Of a stretch of 64,000 nucleotides of DNA, positions 12,080 through 23,722 are shown one piece after another (position 1 is the first letter of the stretch; each line of letters begins with the position of its first letter). The stretch spans positions 38,067,152-38,131,151 of the forward strand of contig NC_057718.1 in the NCBI RefSeq assembly GCF_004010195.1. The letters are read 5' to 3'. The notes beneath the pieces were generated by a model that was not told the origin of the DNA, made no database searches, and was given only the letters and a program-made list of their open reading frames with translations. Source of the stretch: Chiloscyllium plagiosum. Its lineage: Eukaryota. Made by a program: the position numbers and the translations under genes.

Positions 12080-14756
12080 AGATGATCACCTTATTGGGAT
12101 TGTACCTATACTCCCCCGAATAGTCAGAGGGAAATTGAGAAACAAATTTGTAAGGAGATCTCAGTTACCTGTAAGAATAATAGGGTAGTAAAGGTAGGGG
12201 ATTTTAACTTGCCATGATGTTAAGGGTTTAGATGGAAAGGAATTTGTTAAGTATTTACAAGAAAATTTTCTGATTCAGTAAATGGATGTACCTACTAGAG
12301 AAGGTGCAAATTTTGACCTATTCTTGGGAAAAAGAAAGAAGCATACACAGGATAGATAGAGTGAATTCTTAGAAGAGTAAAAAGGCATAGGAGTATACTT
12401 AAGAGAGAAATCAGGAGGGCAAAAAGGGGACATGAGATAGCTTTGGCAAATAGGGTTAAGGAGAATCCAAAGGGTTTTTAGTAATACATTAAGGACAAAA
12501 GGGTAACTAAGGAGAGAATAGGGCCTCTCAAAGATCAGCAAGGCGGCCTTTGTGTGGAGCCGCAAGAGATGGGGGGGATACTAAACAAATATTTTGCATC
12601 AGTATTTACTGTGGTAAAGGACATAGAAGGTATAGAATGTAAGGATATAGATGGTGACATCTTGAAAAATGTCCATATTACAGAGAAGGAAGTGCTGGAT
12701 GTCTTCAAATGTGTAAAAGTGGATAAATCCCCAGAACCTGATCAGGTGTACCTTAGAATTCTGTGGAAAGCTAGGGAAGTGATTGCTGGGCCTCTTACAG
12801 AGATATTTGTACCACCGATATTTACAGGTGAGGTGCTGGAAGACTGGAGGTTGGCGAACGTGGTGACACTATTTAAGAAGGGTGGTAAGGACAAGCCAGG
12901 GAACTATAGACCAGTGAGCCTGACATCGGTGGTGGGCAAGTTGTTGAAGGGAATCCTGGGGGATAGGATTTACACATATTTGAAAAGGCAAGAACTGATT
13001 AGGGATAGTCAACATGGCTTTGTGCGTGGGAAATCATGTCTCACAAACTTGATTGAGTTTTTTTGAAGAAGTAACAAAGAGGATTGATGAGGCCAGAGAA
13101 GTAGACATGATCTATGTGGACTTAAGTAAGGTGTTCAACAAGGTTCCCCATGGGAGACTGGTTAGCAAGGTTAGATCTCACGGAATACGGGAAGAACTAG
13201 CCATTTGGATACAGAACTGGCTCAAAGGTAGAAGACAGAGGGTGGTGGTGGAGAGTTGTTTTTCAGATTGGAGGTTTGTGACCAGTGGAGTGCCATAAGG
13301 ATCGGTGCTGGGTCCACTACTTTTCGTCATTTACATAAATGACTTGGATACGAGCATAAGAGGTACAGTTAGTAAGTTTGCAGATGACACCAAAATTGGA
13401 GGTGTGATGGACAGCAAAACAAGGTTACCTTGGACTACAATGGGATCTTGATTAGATGAGCCAATGGGCAGAGGAGTGGCAGATGGAGTTTAATTGAGAG
13501 AAATGCATTTTGGGAAAGCAAGCTTTAGCCGGACTTATACACTTAATGGTAAGATCCTAGGGAGTGTTGCTGAACAAAGAGACCTTGGAGTGCAGGTTCA
13601 TAGCTCCTTGAAAGTAGAGTCACAGGTAGATAGGATAGTGAAGAAGGCGTTTGGAATGCTTTCCTTTATTGATCAAAATATTGAATACAGGTGTTGGGAG
13701 GTCATGTTGTGGCTATACAGAACATTCGTTAGGCCACTTTTGGAATATTGCGTGCAATTCTGGTCCCCTTCCTATCGGAAGGACATGGTGAAACTTGAAA
13801 AGGTTCATCATGATTTGGAGATGCCGGTGTTGGACTGGGGTGTACAAAGTTAAAAATCACACAACACCAGGTTATAGTCCAACAGGTTTATTTGGATGCA
13901 CTAGCTTTCGGAGCACTGCTCCTTCATCTGGAGTTTGTAAGACTGTAAGACACAGAATTTACAGCAAACATTTACAGTGTGACGTAACTGCAATTATATA
14001 TTGAAACTTTTAAAAAACTTTTGTGATTTACACATAGAAGAACTGAAACCAACATGGTTATTCTAACAGATGACAGACTTAAAAAACAATCCAGATCAGT
14101 TTTAATATATAACTTCAGTTACATCACACTGGATACTTTTGCTTTAAATTCTGTGTCCTACAATGTTATACTCTACAACCACCTGATGAAGTAGCAGCGC
14201 TCCAAAAGCTAGTGCTTCCAATTAAACCTGTTGGACTATAACTTAGTGTTGTGTGATTTTTAACTCTGAAAAGGTTCAGAAAAGATTTACAAGGATGTTG
14301 TCAGGGTTGGAGGATTTAAGCTATAGGGAGAGGTTGAATAGGCTAGGGCTGTTTTCCCTGGAGCATTGAGGTTGAGGGGTGACCTTATAGACATTTATAA
14401 AATCATGAGGGGCATGGATAGGGTAAATAGACAAAGTCTTTTCCCTGGGGTCGGGGAGTCCAGAACTAGAGGGCATAGGTTTAGGGTGAGAGAGGAAAGA
14501 TATAAAAGAGATGTAAGGGGCAACTTTTTCACGCAGAGAGTGGTACGTGTGTGGAATGAACTGCCAGAGGATGTGGTGGAGGCTGGTACAATTGCAACAT
14601 TTAAGAGGCATTTGGATGGGTATATGAATAGGAAGGGTTTGGAGGGATATGGGCCAGGTGCTGGCAGGCTGCACTAGATTGGGTTGGGATATCTGGTCTG
14701 CATGGACGAGTTGGACCGAAGGATTTGTTTCCATGCTGTACATCTCTATGACTCTA
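12080..14756 (+). mobile_element. CR1-clade LINE (endonuclease remnant, RT, 3' UTR) with internal deletions and a Penelope-like mini-element insert
   Basis: GDFN at ~12197; ORFs 12554-13066, 13053-13298, 13494-13853 and 14366-14677; FADD at ~13377. Confidence 0.95.
13808..14266. mobile_element. Non-autonomous Penelope-like mini-element made of two inverted copies of the 3' terminus
   Basis: gttaaaaatcacacaacaccagg... and its reverse complement; 12-bp TSD tgaaaaggttca at 13796-13807 and 14267-14278. Confidence 0.88.
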
Positions 14757-14908
14757 AACACTTGTGACTAAATCGCTGTAGCGTAAGCCACCAAGAGAAA
14801 CCTTTGTTTATCAATTTGTTAAATGAAACATCCAAGTTTGCATGCTGTCTGCCTTAACAGCAACGGGCATGTTTGATCCTGAATTACAATATTGCTGTCC
14901 AAAATAAC

Positions 14909-15154
14909 GTTAAAAATCACAGAACACCAGTTTATCATCCAACAGGTTTACTTGGAAGCACTAGCTTTCAGAGCGCTGCTCCTTCATCAGGTATCTGTGG
15001 AACAGGATCATAAGACACAGAATGTATAGCAAAAGATCACAGTGTCATGCATGCAATGGATAAGATCTCTTGAACCTATCGGACTATAACCTGGTGTTGT
15101 GTGATTTTTAACTTTGTCCACCCCAGTCCAACACCGGCACCTTCACATCATGCC
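14909..15154. mobile_element. Non-autonomous Penelope-like inverted mini-element
   Basis: Same termini as 13808-14266; 11-bp TSD tccaaaataac at 14898-14908 and 15155-15165. Confidence 0.85.
14959..14993 (-). ncRNA. Minimal type I hammerhead ribozyme motif (Penelope family B)
   Basis: Minus strand reads CTGATGA-A-GGAGC-AGC-GCTCT-GAA-AGCT-A-GTG. Confidence 0.6.
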
Positions 15155-15368
15155 TCCAAAATAACAGCAAATAAATTGTTAGTCCAGTACCTTCACTGGA
15201 GAAAAGACAAAACATGAGAACTTTTTCAGCCATTTCAAAGGCTCTTGCTAAGGAATTAAAACTGATCTGTCTGGTCTGTGAAAGAAGCAGACTTGAAAAA
15301 CAAAATAACCTATTGTCATTTCATAGTTTCTTGGCTTCTAATTGACTTTAAACTTAAAACTCAGTCTG
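14959..15368 (+). repeat. Copy 1 of a ~410-bp near-identical direct duplication
   Basis: Matches 17977-18384 by direct comparison. Confidence 0.95.
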
Positions 15369-16524
15369 CCTCTTCTTTTTCCCTACTCCCATAGGTTCAA
15401 GAAAACGACAAATTAGGCAGCTAATTTGGAATGTACGGCATTAACATGAAATTTCAGAAATGAAAGAACACAAGCAGAGATTCAAACAAAAAGCAGACTT
15501 GAAAATCGATGGTAATACTAAAAAAATGTGGATGTTGGAAATCTGAAACAAAAACAGAAATTGCTCTTTTTCAGCAGAAGGCTCACTGGACTCAAAACAT
15601 TAACTCTGCTTTCTCTCCATAGAGAGCTGCCCGATATACTGAATTTCTCCAAAAACTTCAGATGTTGCGCATGTATTGGTGGCCAGTCAAAATTGCTGTT
15701 GATAGTATTGGGTTCAAACTGAGTTTGAATATCCTTCGCTATTTTGTGATCAGACTGGCAAAGTAAAATTCTGTGAATGCTTTAATTCTGAAACAAAAAC
15801 AGAAAATGTTCATACTCAGGTCTGGAAACATCAATGGAGAGAAAAATAACACCAATAGAGAGAGAAATAAAGCTGAGCTTCACAATGATGATCTTTCATG
15901 ACAGTTCTAAGCTGAGAAATATTTGTCAATAGAGGTTTTTGCTATTTCAGTTTCTCTGCCCTCTTATCTGTTGCAACTTAGATTCCCATGAATGTACTGC
16001 CCTCTTATGGCATAATGTTCTGCAGTAATTTCAGATACAAAATTTACTTTGGTTTTAACTTCTAAAGGAATGATAACACATCCTGTCAAAATCTGACAGG
16101 ATTTTGTAGATTCATCACAGAAGGTACATTCATAAAGCTGGAGGCAACCAAACTTGGAAGTAAATAATTAAAAAAAAGGGAAACTCGAGCAATATCTACT
16201 TTCCAAAATTTACCACTCTCTTTGGCCCTCTCCAACATGAATTGTTGAAATTGCAGTGAAAAACTGATGAACTGTGCAAGAACGTTCGATATTATATTTT
16301 AAGTCTGAAATACAATGAGCAGGACTGAGGGCATGAAGAATTGTCATTAATAAAAAATGATTTTTGTTTTCTTTAGATTAATGTATTAAGCAATCAATTC
16401 AATAGACAAACTGAAAATGAATAATTTTAAAGTCAGACAACATCAAATCTGTCAATCATTTCAGGGCTCTCCAATGATATGTACTAAATGGTAAAACAGA
16501 AGTGCTTTATCATGCTCAACATCA

Positions 16525-17262
16525 AATTTCATTTTTCACAAAAAGTTTATTTAACAGTTTATATATTTCAATAGAGACCACATCAGCACTTAAAACAGTT
16601 TATATGGCAATTTTACAAGTAACCTTTGATGACTTCAATGCATTGTCTGTCAATCCTTGTTATTCGTGAATCAAGGTGCGCATATTATACAATTTGTACC
16701 ATATATAAAGTGCAGTTACTATCTCGCACTACAAAGTTAAACAAGTTTGTGACTAGTATATTCATTAAAGTATTAAAACTCCTAAGTGAAGTATAATTTC
16801 TTTCGATTTTTATTATCTTCATCCTCTTTCCCAGAAGTCTCTGCTTTCTGTGCCCTTTGAGTGCCCCATCTCTAAGCTGTTCATCACAAACTCTGAGTCA
16901 AGACTGAAGAAAACTGTCCCTTAAACATTCCTTGGTTTCATTCACATGCTATGATTATTCCAATTCTGTCTTCTGCTGTAATAATCGGATATATTACAAT
17001 CAGCTTCATCATCGCTCCCCATGTTTTTCACCATTCCATTACTTCATTGTTAAGAATACTGTTTAAAATATTAAATTGTAATGAACTTTTTTTGAAAATA
17101 ACACTTCTCAAAGTAAAGGTCACGGGCTGACAGTAGTATTTTGCATCAGGAATTCATCCAAACTGCCTCTGCGGGTTGCAAAGTCTATGAAGCAGGCAGA
17201 GATAGATGACGTGATCCAGGTCATGGGTGTGTTAGGATAAAAGCTACTCGATATTAAACTAC
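16525..17262 (-). other. Candidate terminal exon and 3' UTR of a minus-strand transcript
   Basis: Acceptor attttttt-ctctctggatag|G (AG at 17263-17264); GCACTTTA at 16706-16713; AATAAA at 16546-16551; repeat-free AT-rich sequence. Confidence 0.4.
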
Positions 17263-17871
17263 CTATCCAGAGAGAAAAAAATACACTTGAGAAGAGGGAA
17301 TGGTTGGCTCATTTCTTGCATCAAGTTGAACGTGGTGAAGTGTTTACTAAACTAGCAATATCACTTCCCTTTTAAATTGAAAATCTATTGTCACCAACTT
17401 AGAAGTAGTGAAGTGTGGTGTAAGTCCTCCCTTCCTGTCTTGCTCATGACAGTGTTGACAACTGTGGAAACTTCAGGACAATTCATAGGTCTTTGGTGAT
17501 CACATGTCTCCACACACAAAAGTAGGCTGTGTCTTCGACTACTAGGCTGTGAGAGTTCAGAATTGTGTTCAGATTCTGCATACTTCATTAAATATATCTT
17601 GATAGAAGCAATGAGCCAGCCATTCCGTTCTAACCTGTGTTCATTTTCTCTCTCGTGGATAGCTCAAAATGGAGGAGTTTTTCCCCACTACACCCAATAT
17701 TTGGGTCACATGATCTCTTTCTGAGCACTTCATAGTCTCTGCATCTCACAAAAGCAGTTTGTGTTAATTACACATGCAAAATGCTACTGTCAGCCTACTG
17801 TCCTTCACTTTGAAAATTTCCTTTGAAAACTTACATAATAATTTAATGTTTTGAATAATACTCCTTAATAG

Positions 17872-17978
17872 CTACCAGTGAGCCTGACATCGGTGGTGGG
17901 CGAGTTGTTGGAGGGAATACTGAGGGACAGGATGTATATGTATTTGGAAAGGCAAGGACTAATTAGGGATAGTCAACA
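17872..17978 (+). mobile_element. Isolated ~105-bp internal CR1 RT fragment fused to the duplicated segment
   Basis: PVSLTSVVGELLEGILRDRMYMYLERQGLIRDSQ; homologous to ~12910-13014. Confidence 0.88.
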
Positions 17979-18384
17979 CTAGCTTACATAGCACTGCTCC
18001 TTCATGGTATCTGTGGAACAGGATCATAAGACACAGAATGTATAGCAAAAGATCACAGTGTCATGCATGCAACAGATAAGATCTCTTGAACCTATTGGAC
18101 TATAACCTGGTGTTGTGTGATTTTTAACTTTGTCCACCCCAGTCCAACACCGGCACCTTCACATCATGCCTCCAAAATAACAGCAAATAAATTGTTAGTC
18201 CAGTACCTTCACTGGAGAAAAGACAAAACATGAGAACTTTTTCAGCCATTTCAAAGGCTCTTGCTAAGGAATTAAAACTGATCTGTCTGGTCTGTGAAAG
18301 AAGCAGACTTGAAAAACAAAATAACCTATTGTCATTTCATAGTTTCTTGGCTTCTAATTGACTTTAAACTTAAAACTCAGTCTG
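17977..18384 (+). repeat. Copy 2 of the ~410-bp near-identical direct duplication
   Basis: Matches 14959-15368. Confidence 0.95.
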
Positions 18385-18999
18385 TTTAGGGACAAAAGAT
18401 TTGATCGACTTGAGGGATCGGTTAGACTTGAATACTTAATATGCATTTGTATCGGAGTTTACTGAGCAAGAAGATGCTCACAAAATATCTACGACAATGA
18501 AGTGATGAACGTAATGGTGAAAATTGATATTAAGGATATACAAGAAAGGCAGATTAAACTTAGATTGCGGAAGTTGCCTGATCCAGAACGCTTGCATCAC
18601 AGGTTGCTGTCGTAAGTGGGCATGGAGATAACAAAAGACTTGCTATAGCTTTCCAGTTTTTCTTGGAAAGGGAATGGTGTTTGTTAACATTTTCTAAGTC
18701 ATCTGGAGAGACTGAAACTAAGACAATACATCTATTCTTTTGTGGGGAGAATTTATTGACTTCCTCATTTTTCCCTCTCATTCACCTCAGTGCCACAGTT
18801 ACCCCCCGTTTATGTGTTCAAACAATTATGGCCACCACTCCATTCTATTAATTCAACTAAAGATATTTAAAAAACTTAACAATGTAATTAACCAGAAAAT
18901 CATATTGTCAGAGGCTTGGACAGTGCCAAATGTGATACTCCACACAAACACAAAATTGTTACAGTGGAAAAGGAGCCCATTGTTTCTGTGCAAACTGTC

Positions 19000-19740
19000 A
19001 GAATCTGACTGAGTGTCATTTTCTTGCTTGTTCCCCTAACCCTGCATTTGTTCCTTTTCGAATAAGTGTCTAATTTATTAGTTGCCTTGATTGAACATGT
19101 CCAGATCATTATCACTTGCTGCATGAAATTGGTTTTCCTCACAACATGTTTTGCTTCTTTTATTAACTACTTTAAATCTGTACTGTCATTCTCAATTCTT
19201 TCATGGGTGAGAACTTTTTCTCACTATTTACACTGTCTTGACCTCTCATAATTTGGAATATTTCAATCAGATCTCCTTTTATTCTTCTTTTCTCTTAAGG
19301 AGAATTGACACAAGTTTTCCAATCTATCTTCATAATTGAAATATCACATCCTCAGAACATTCTTATAAACCTTTTCTGCATTCTTTCCAATGCCTTCCAA
19401 AAGTACACTATCCAGAACAGAATGCAGTATTTCAGCTTAGGCTGAACTAGTGTCATATAAGATAAACATCCTTCCTCTTTTACTCTGCATCCTTATCAAT
19501 GAAGCCCATGATTCTTTTTGCTTTATTAACTGCGCTCTCAATCTGTCCTGCCACCTTCAATGATTTAAGCACATATACACCTTCTGCTCCTGCACTCCCT
19601 TTACAGTTGTACCCTTTATTTCTATTGTACTTACATTTTCTTCCCATCTAAATGAATCAGTTCACACTTCTCTGCATTGAACCCCATCTGCCACCCATTT
19701 GCACGCTCCACCAACATATCAATGTAACCATCTAATTATT
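19000..19740 (-). mobile_element. Old degenerate CR1-like LINE 3' part
   Basis: Reverse-complement similarity to CR1 3' regions (e.g. ttcacacttctctgcattgaaccccatctgcc). Confidence 0.6.
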
Positions 19741-19759
19741 CAGTATTCATTCAGAGAAT

Positions 19760-21120
19760 AATGTGAGGGCATTTCAAGCAACTACAGGCTGATCAATTTA
19801 GTTGTGCCTGAATAATTAAATTAATTTTTTGATGAAGTATCAAATAAGAGTGATGAAGAGGAAGCAATGAAGTTGTCTATATGGATGGATTTCAAGAAAA
19901 TGTTTGACCAAGTACCACTTAACAGGTTGGTTAACAAAATGAGGGTTGTGAAATAGGTGGTCAGTATCAGCTGATTAAAACAATTTGGCTTATCAATAGA
20001 AAATGGCAAGTAATTATTTTCAGGACAAAGAATGGTAAGCAGTGGTGTTCCCCAAGAATCATTGCTTTTAAAACATATAAATTATTTGGATATTAGAATA
20101 CTGGATAAAAGTTGACCATACCAAGCCTTGAGGTGTGGCAGATAGCAATATTCCCCTAAATCCGCATAGCTACTCTGAGGACCCTTGCCAACATATTGAC
20201 TTCCAGTTTCAGAAGTCACTATCAGACACCGAAATAAAACTTAGAGGTGTTATTGTTAGGACAGTGAGGATGATAACAGTCAAGTGAAACAGGGCGTAGA
20301 TAGGCCAGTAGAACGGTTAGACAAGTGTCAGTAGGATTTAATGCAGAGAATTGTGAGGTGATGCATTTTGGTAAAAGTGATTGGAAGAAGTAATAAAGAT
20401 TAAATGGCACAATTCTAAAAAAAGTGCAGATACAGAAGTACCCGGGGATTCCTGTGCATGGGTCTTTGAAGGTGCCAGGAAAATAATGTGAGAGTAGTTT
20501 GCAAAGGTTCTTGGCTCCTTAGAGGTATTGAGCACAATGTGGCACAATCATAGTGTTCCTACCCCCTGGACTAGGAGGCCCAGAGATGTGTAATAACATC
20601 TCGGAACAGGTTGATTGGAAAGATAATCTTTTCAAAAAAGAAAACTCTGTTTCGGCCATACCTAAGTATTGCATCCAATTTAATGACAACACTTCAGTAA
20701 GGATGTGAATGTCCTTGAGAGAGTGCAGAAGAGATTTACCAGAATATTACAGGGGATGAATTTTAGCAACAAGGTTTGGTTGAAGAAACTGTGGTTGTTT
20801 TCCTTTGAAAATACAAAATTGAAATTAGATTTGATAGAGCGGTGCAATAATGTGACAGGTTGAGGTAGATCAAGTAATGTTGATCTTTTTAGCAGATGTT
20901 ACAGGGAGTACTCTTAAGATTTTGTGAAAGAGATGTCAAAGTAGGAAGAGAAATACATTTTTAAAAATTCTGCATGCAGTTATGCTATGGGATTCATCTG
21001 TGGAAATCAAAATGATGAATGATGTGAAAAGGAAAGTCAATTGGCCTGGAGAGAAATAAATTTGCATGGCTCTGGGAACAAAACAGGTGAAGGGGACTGT
21101 TTGAATTTTACTACGGTCTC
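19760..21120 (+). mobile_element. Old degenerate CR1-like LINE
   Basis: DFKKMFDQVP remnant, gagagtgcagaagagatttaccagaat (ERVQKRFTR). Confidence 0.65.
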
Positions 21121-21132
21121 CTCTGTAATTAC

Positions 21133-21271
21133 CCCATGACTCTGTGTGTACATCCAGTATCAGGACCATTTGAAATCTGACCATCATTGAGTCTTCTATT
21201 AATTGGGTTCCCACAAAGTGTCCTATTTGTTGCACAAAATTTTATAGAAATGACTGTTACCCAAAAATTCT
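21133..21271 (-). other. Candidate internal exon (139 nt) of the minus-strand transcript
   Basis: Acceptor tgtctgttgctttcag|; donor GG|GTAATT; one frame open throughout (NFWVTVISIKFCATNRTLCGNPINRRLNDGQISNGPDTGCTHRVM). Confidence 0.25.
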
Positions 21272-22468
21272 CTGAAAGCAACAGACATTTCATCCACAAT
21301 GTTTCTCACTCTCTGAAAACTGAATACCAATTAGAACCAGGATCCTGTCCCCAAGAGACATATTTGCACAATCCAGAAAATTAAATGTGAATCGAGATTC
21401 ACAAATTGAATGTTGTTGATCTTTTATGCAATCTGTGAAAGTTTAAGATATATTGCAATGATGGCTTCATATTTTGTAATTTTTATGTGGATTTGAGTTT
21501 TACAGATCATATAGATGCCTGGATTCTTTTTAAAAAAATCAATCAAAAGACGTGTTGGAGGTTTCTTTTTAACATGGCATTTCTTGGAAACCACGTGGAT
21601 CCAAATAATTTTGTTTTCAATTGTTTGAACTCCCAAAACACCCAACTGTTTTTATGACAAGGTTTTATGGCTGTTCTGTTTGAAGAGTGTTTTGCAAGTT
21701 TGAGTTTGTGTTCAATTTTCAGTTGGGAGAAGCCTGCTAAGGAGCAGGCTGCTCAGTTCATATCTTGTCTTTCTGAAGCACCTCTGTCGTGAAACCTGAT
21801 TGTCAACTTGAAAAGTGACTGGAAGAAAGAAATCTGGTGTTTCTGTGTATTTTGAGTTATTTAGAGATGTAAATGTTTATGTTTTCACAATACAAATTAA
21901 ATGTGTTAAACCAACTTTGCATCCTTATTTCTGATTTACAATGAATCAATAATTTTGTGCCTATTGAATAAATCTGTTTGGTGAACCTTTTTATTTTAAA
22001 TCTAAGAGAAAGCACGTTGGGCCATATCAGGATCTGATCAAGCAAATAAATATGTTACAATCCAGAATTAGAAAAGACAGAGAAGTCCTCCCATCTCTGT
22101 CTTATTTAAGTTAATAAGTTTTTTTTGTAACATTCAGCAATAGTTTTTCAATAAATTTACCTATCTCTTGATTAAGACTAAAGTTTTGTTGCTGGTTATT
22201 TTTAATTTGGAGCACTCAAGAAAATAAAAGGGGATTTAACAAGCTGTACAGATTCAGAGTCCACGAACTGCTCTGTGGATACTTCAGGTGGCTGTGGCTA
22301 AATCTACAATAGCCCAAACATGGGCTATTTTGTATTTGCATCCGAGATTTTTACAATTTCAAAATTTTGATTACTGACAGACATTCAACTCACAAAATAT
22401 TTACAATAGGATGCAACCATGTCAAAGGCAAATGGTGTTTTTTCTTTGTTAGGCGTATAATCTATATC

Positions 22469-22565
22469 TGGAAATGTGTTGCTGGAAAAGCGCAGCAGGT
22501 CAGGCAGCATCCAGGGAACAGGAGAATCGACGTTTCGGGCATAAGCCCTTCTTCAGGAATGAGGC
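22469..22565 (-). mobile_element. 97-bp Penelope-like terminal insertion (family A)
   Basis: 13-bp TSD tataatctatatc at 22456-22468 and 22566-22578; matches termini at 23596-23720 and 54121-54335. Confidence 0.88.
22525..22560 (-). ncRNA. Minimal type I hammerhead ribozyme motif (Penelope family A), intact core
   Basis: Minus strand reads ATTC-CTGAAGA-A-GGGC-TTAT-GCCC-GAA-ACGT-C-GATT. Confidence 0.7.
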
Positions 22566-23164
22566 TATAATCTATATCCACATGCCCACTTTAATCTTGT
22601 TGTATGAAGTCGGCTTTGTGAGTATTTATACTTGCCAGATAACTTAAAGTTGTTTGCTATGATTTATAATGATAGTTTTCTGACTATTTTTTTCTTAGCT
22701 TGCAATCTTCACCATTAGGCAATCATCTTTTGCTATCATGTTCTTCTTCAGAAAGCCAGCTCTTGAAGAATAGCACTAGACCCAATCTTTACATGCTTTT
22801 ACATTTGTTTACAAGTAATATGTAAATCCTAATCCACAATTTAATTCTCTTCTTATTTATTAGGGAGTCAGTGGGTTGCCCAGTTAATGGCAAACGCCTA
22901 CATACAAATAAACACAATTCATGTACGGTGAACAATTTTGTTCAGAATGTAGCAAGGGCTTGGGACTTAATTAAACAGAACATCAGTGGTGTTGATTTCT
23001 GGAATTTTACTCAAGATATGTGCAAATCAATATTGTGATATGCAAATTAGGGTGGAGAACCCTTGAGTGGAAGAAAGTTTCATTTTGCAACATTCTGGCA
23101 CCAATACTGCATCAAGAATTATCTGTTACATAGGGGTGGGCTCTAAATGAACTCATTTTGGGTA

Positions 23165-23722
23165 GGAGGTAGAAACGGACAGTGCGGGGTTGTGAGACTA
23201 TGAGGTTGGAGGCGGTGGATGGGAGATCCCCTAAGGTGATGAGGTTATGGATGGTCTGGGTGATGATGGTTTGGTGGGGGGAGGTGGGGTCATGGTCAAG
23301 GGGGCAGTAGGCACCCGATGTGGCCTCCTCTACATTGGGGAGACAGGCCGCCTACTTGCGGAACGTTTCAGAGAACACCTCTGGGACACCTGCACCAACC
23401 AACCCAATTTCCCCTCCCCCCACCTTATCTCAGTCCCAACCCTCGGACTCAGCACCTCCCGACCTCTCCGCCCCCACCTCCTCTCTGGCTTATCACCCTC
23501 ACCTTAACCTCCTTCCACCTATCGCATTCCCAACACCCCTCCCCCAAGTCCCTCCTCCCTACCTTTTATCTTAGCCTGTTTGGCACACCCTCCTTATTCC
23601 TGAAGAAGGAATTATGCCCGAAATGTCGATTCTCCTCCTCCTTGGATGCTGCCTGACCTGCTGCGCTTTTCCAGCAAAACATTTTTCAGCTCTGATCTCC
23701 AGCATCTGCAGTCCTCACTTTC
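23165..23722 (+). mobile_element. Rearranged Penelope-like fragment (family A): GIY-YIG remnant and 3' terminus, with an apparently inverted 5' piece
   Basis: TRCGLLYIGETGRLLAERFREHL; C-rich 3' UTR; terminal gatgctgcctgacctgctgcgcttttccagc. Confidence 0.85.

Noticed and set aside
17148..17240. Plus-strand exon ending ...KQAEIDDVIQVMGVLG-stop
   Set aside because: Weak acceptor and no recognisable homology; the minus-strand reading has better splice and poly(A) support, though neither is proven
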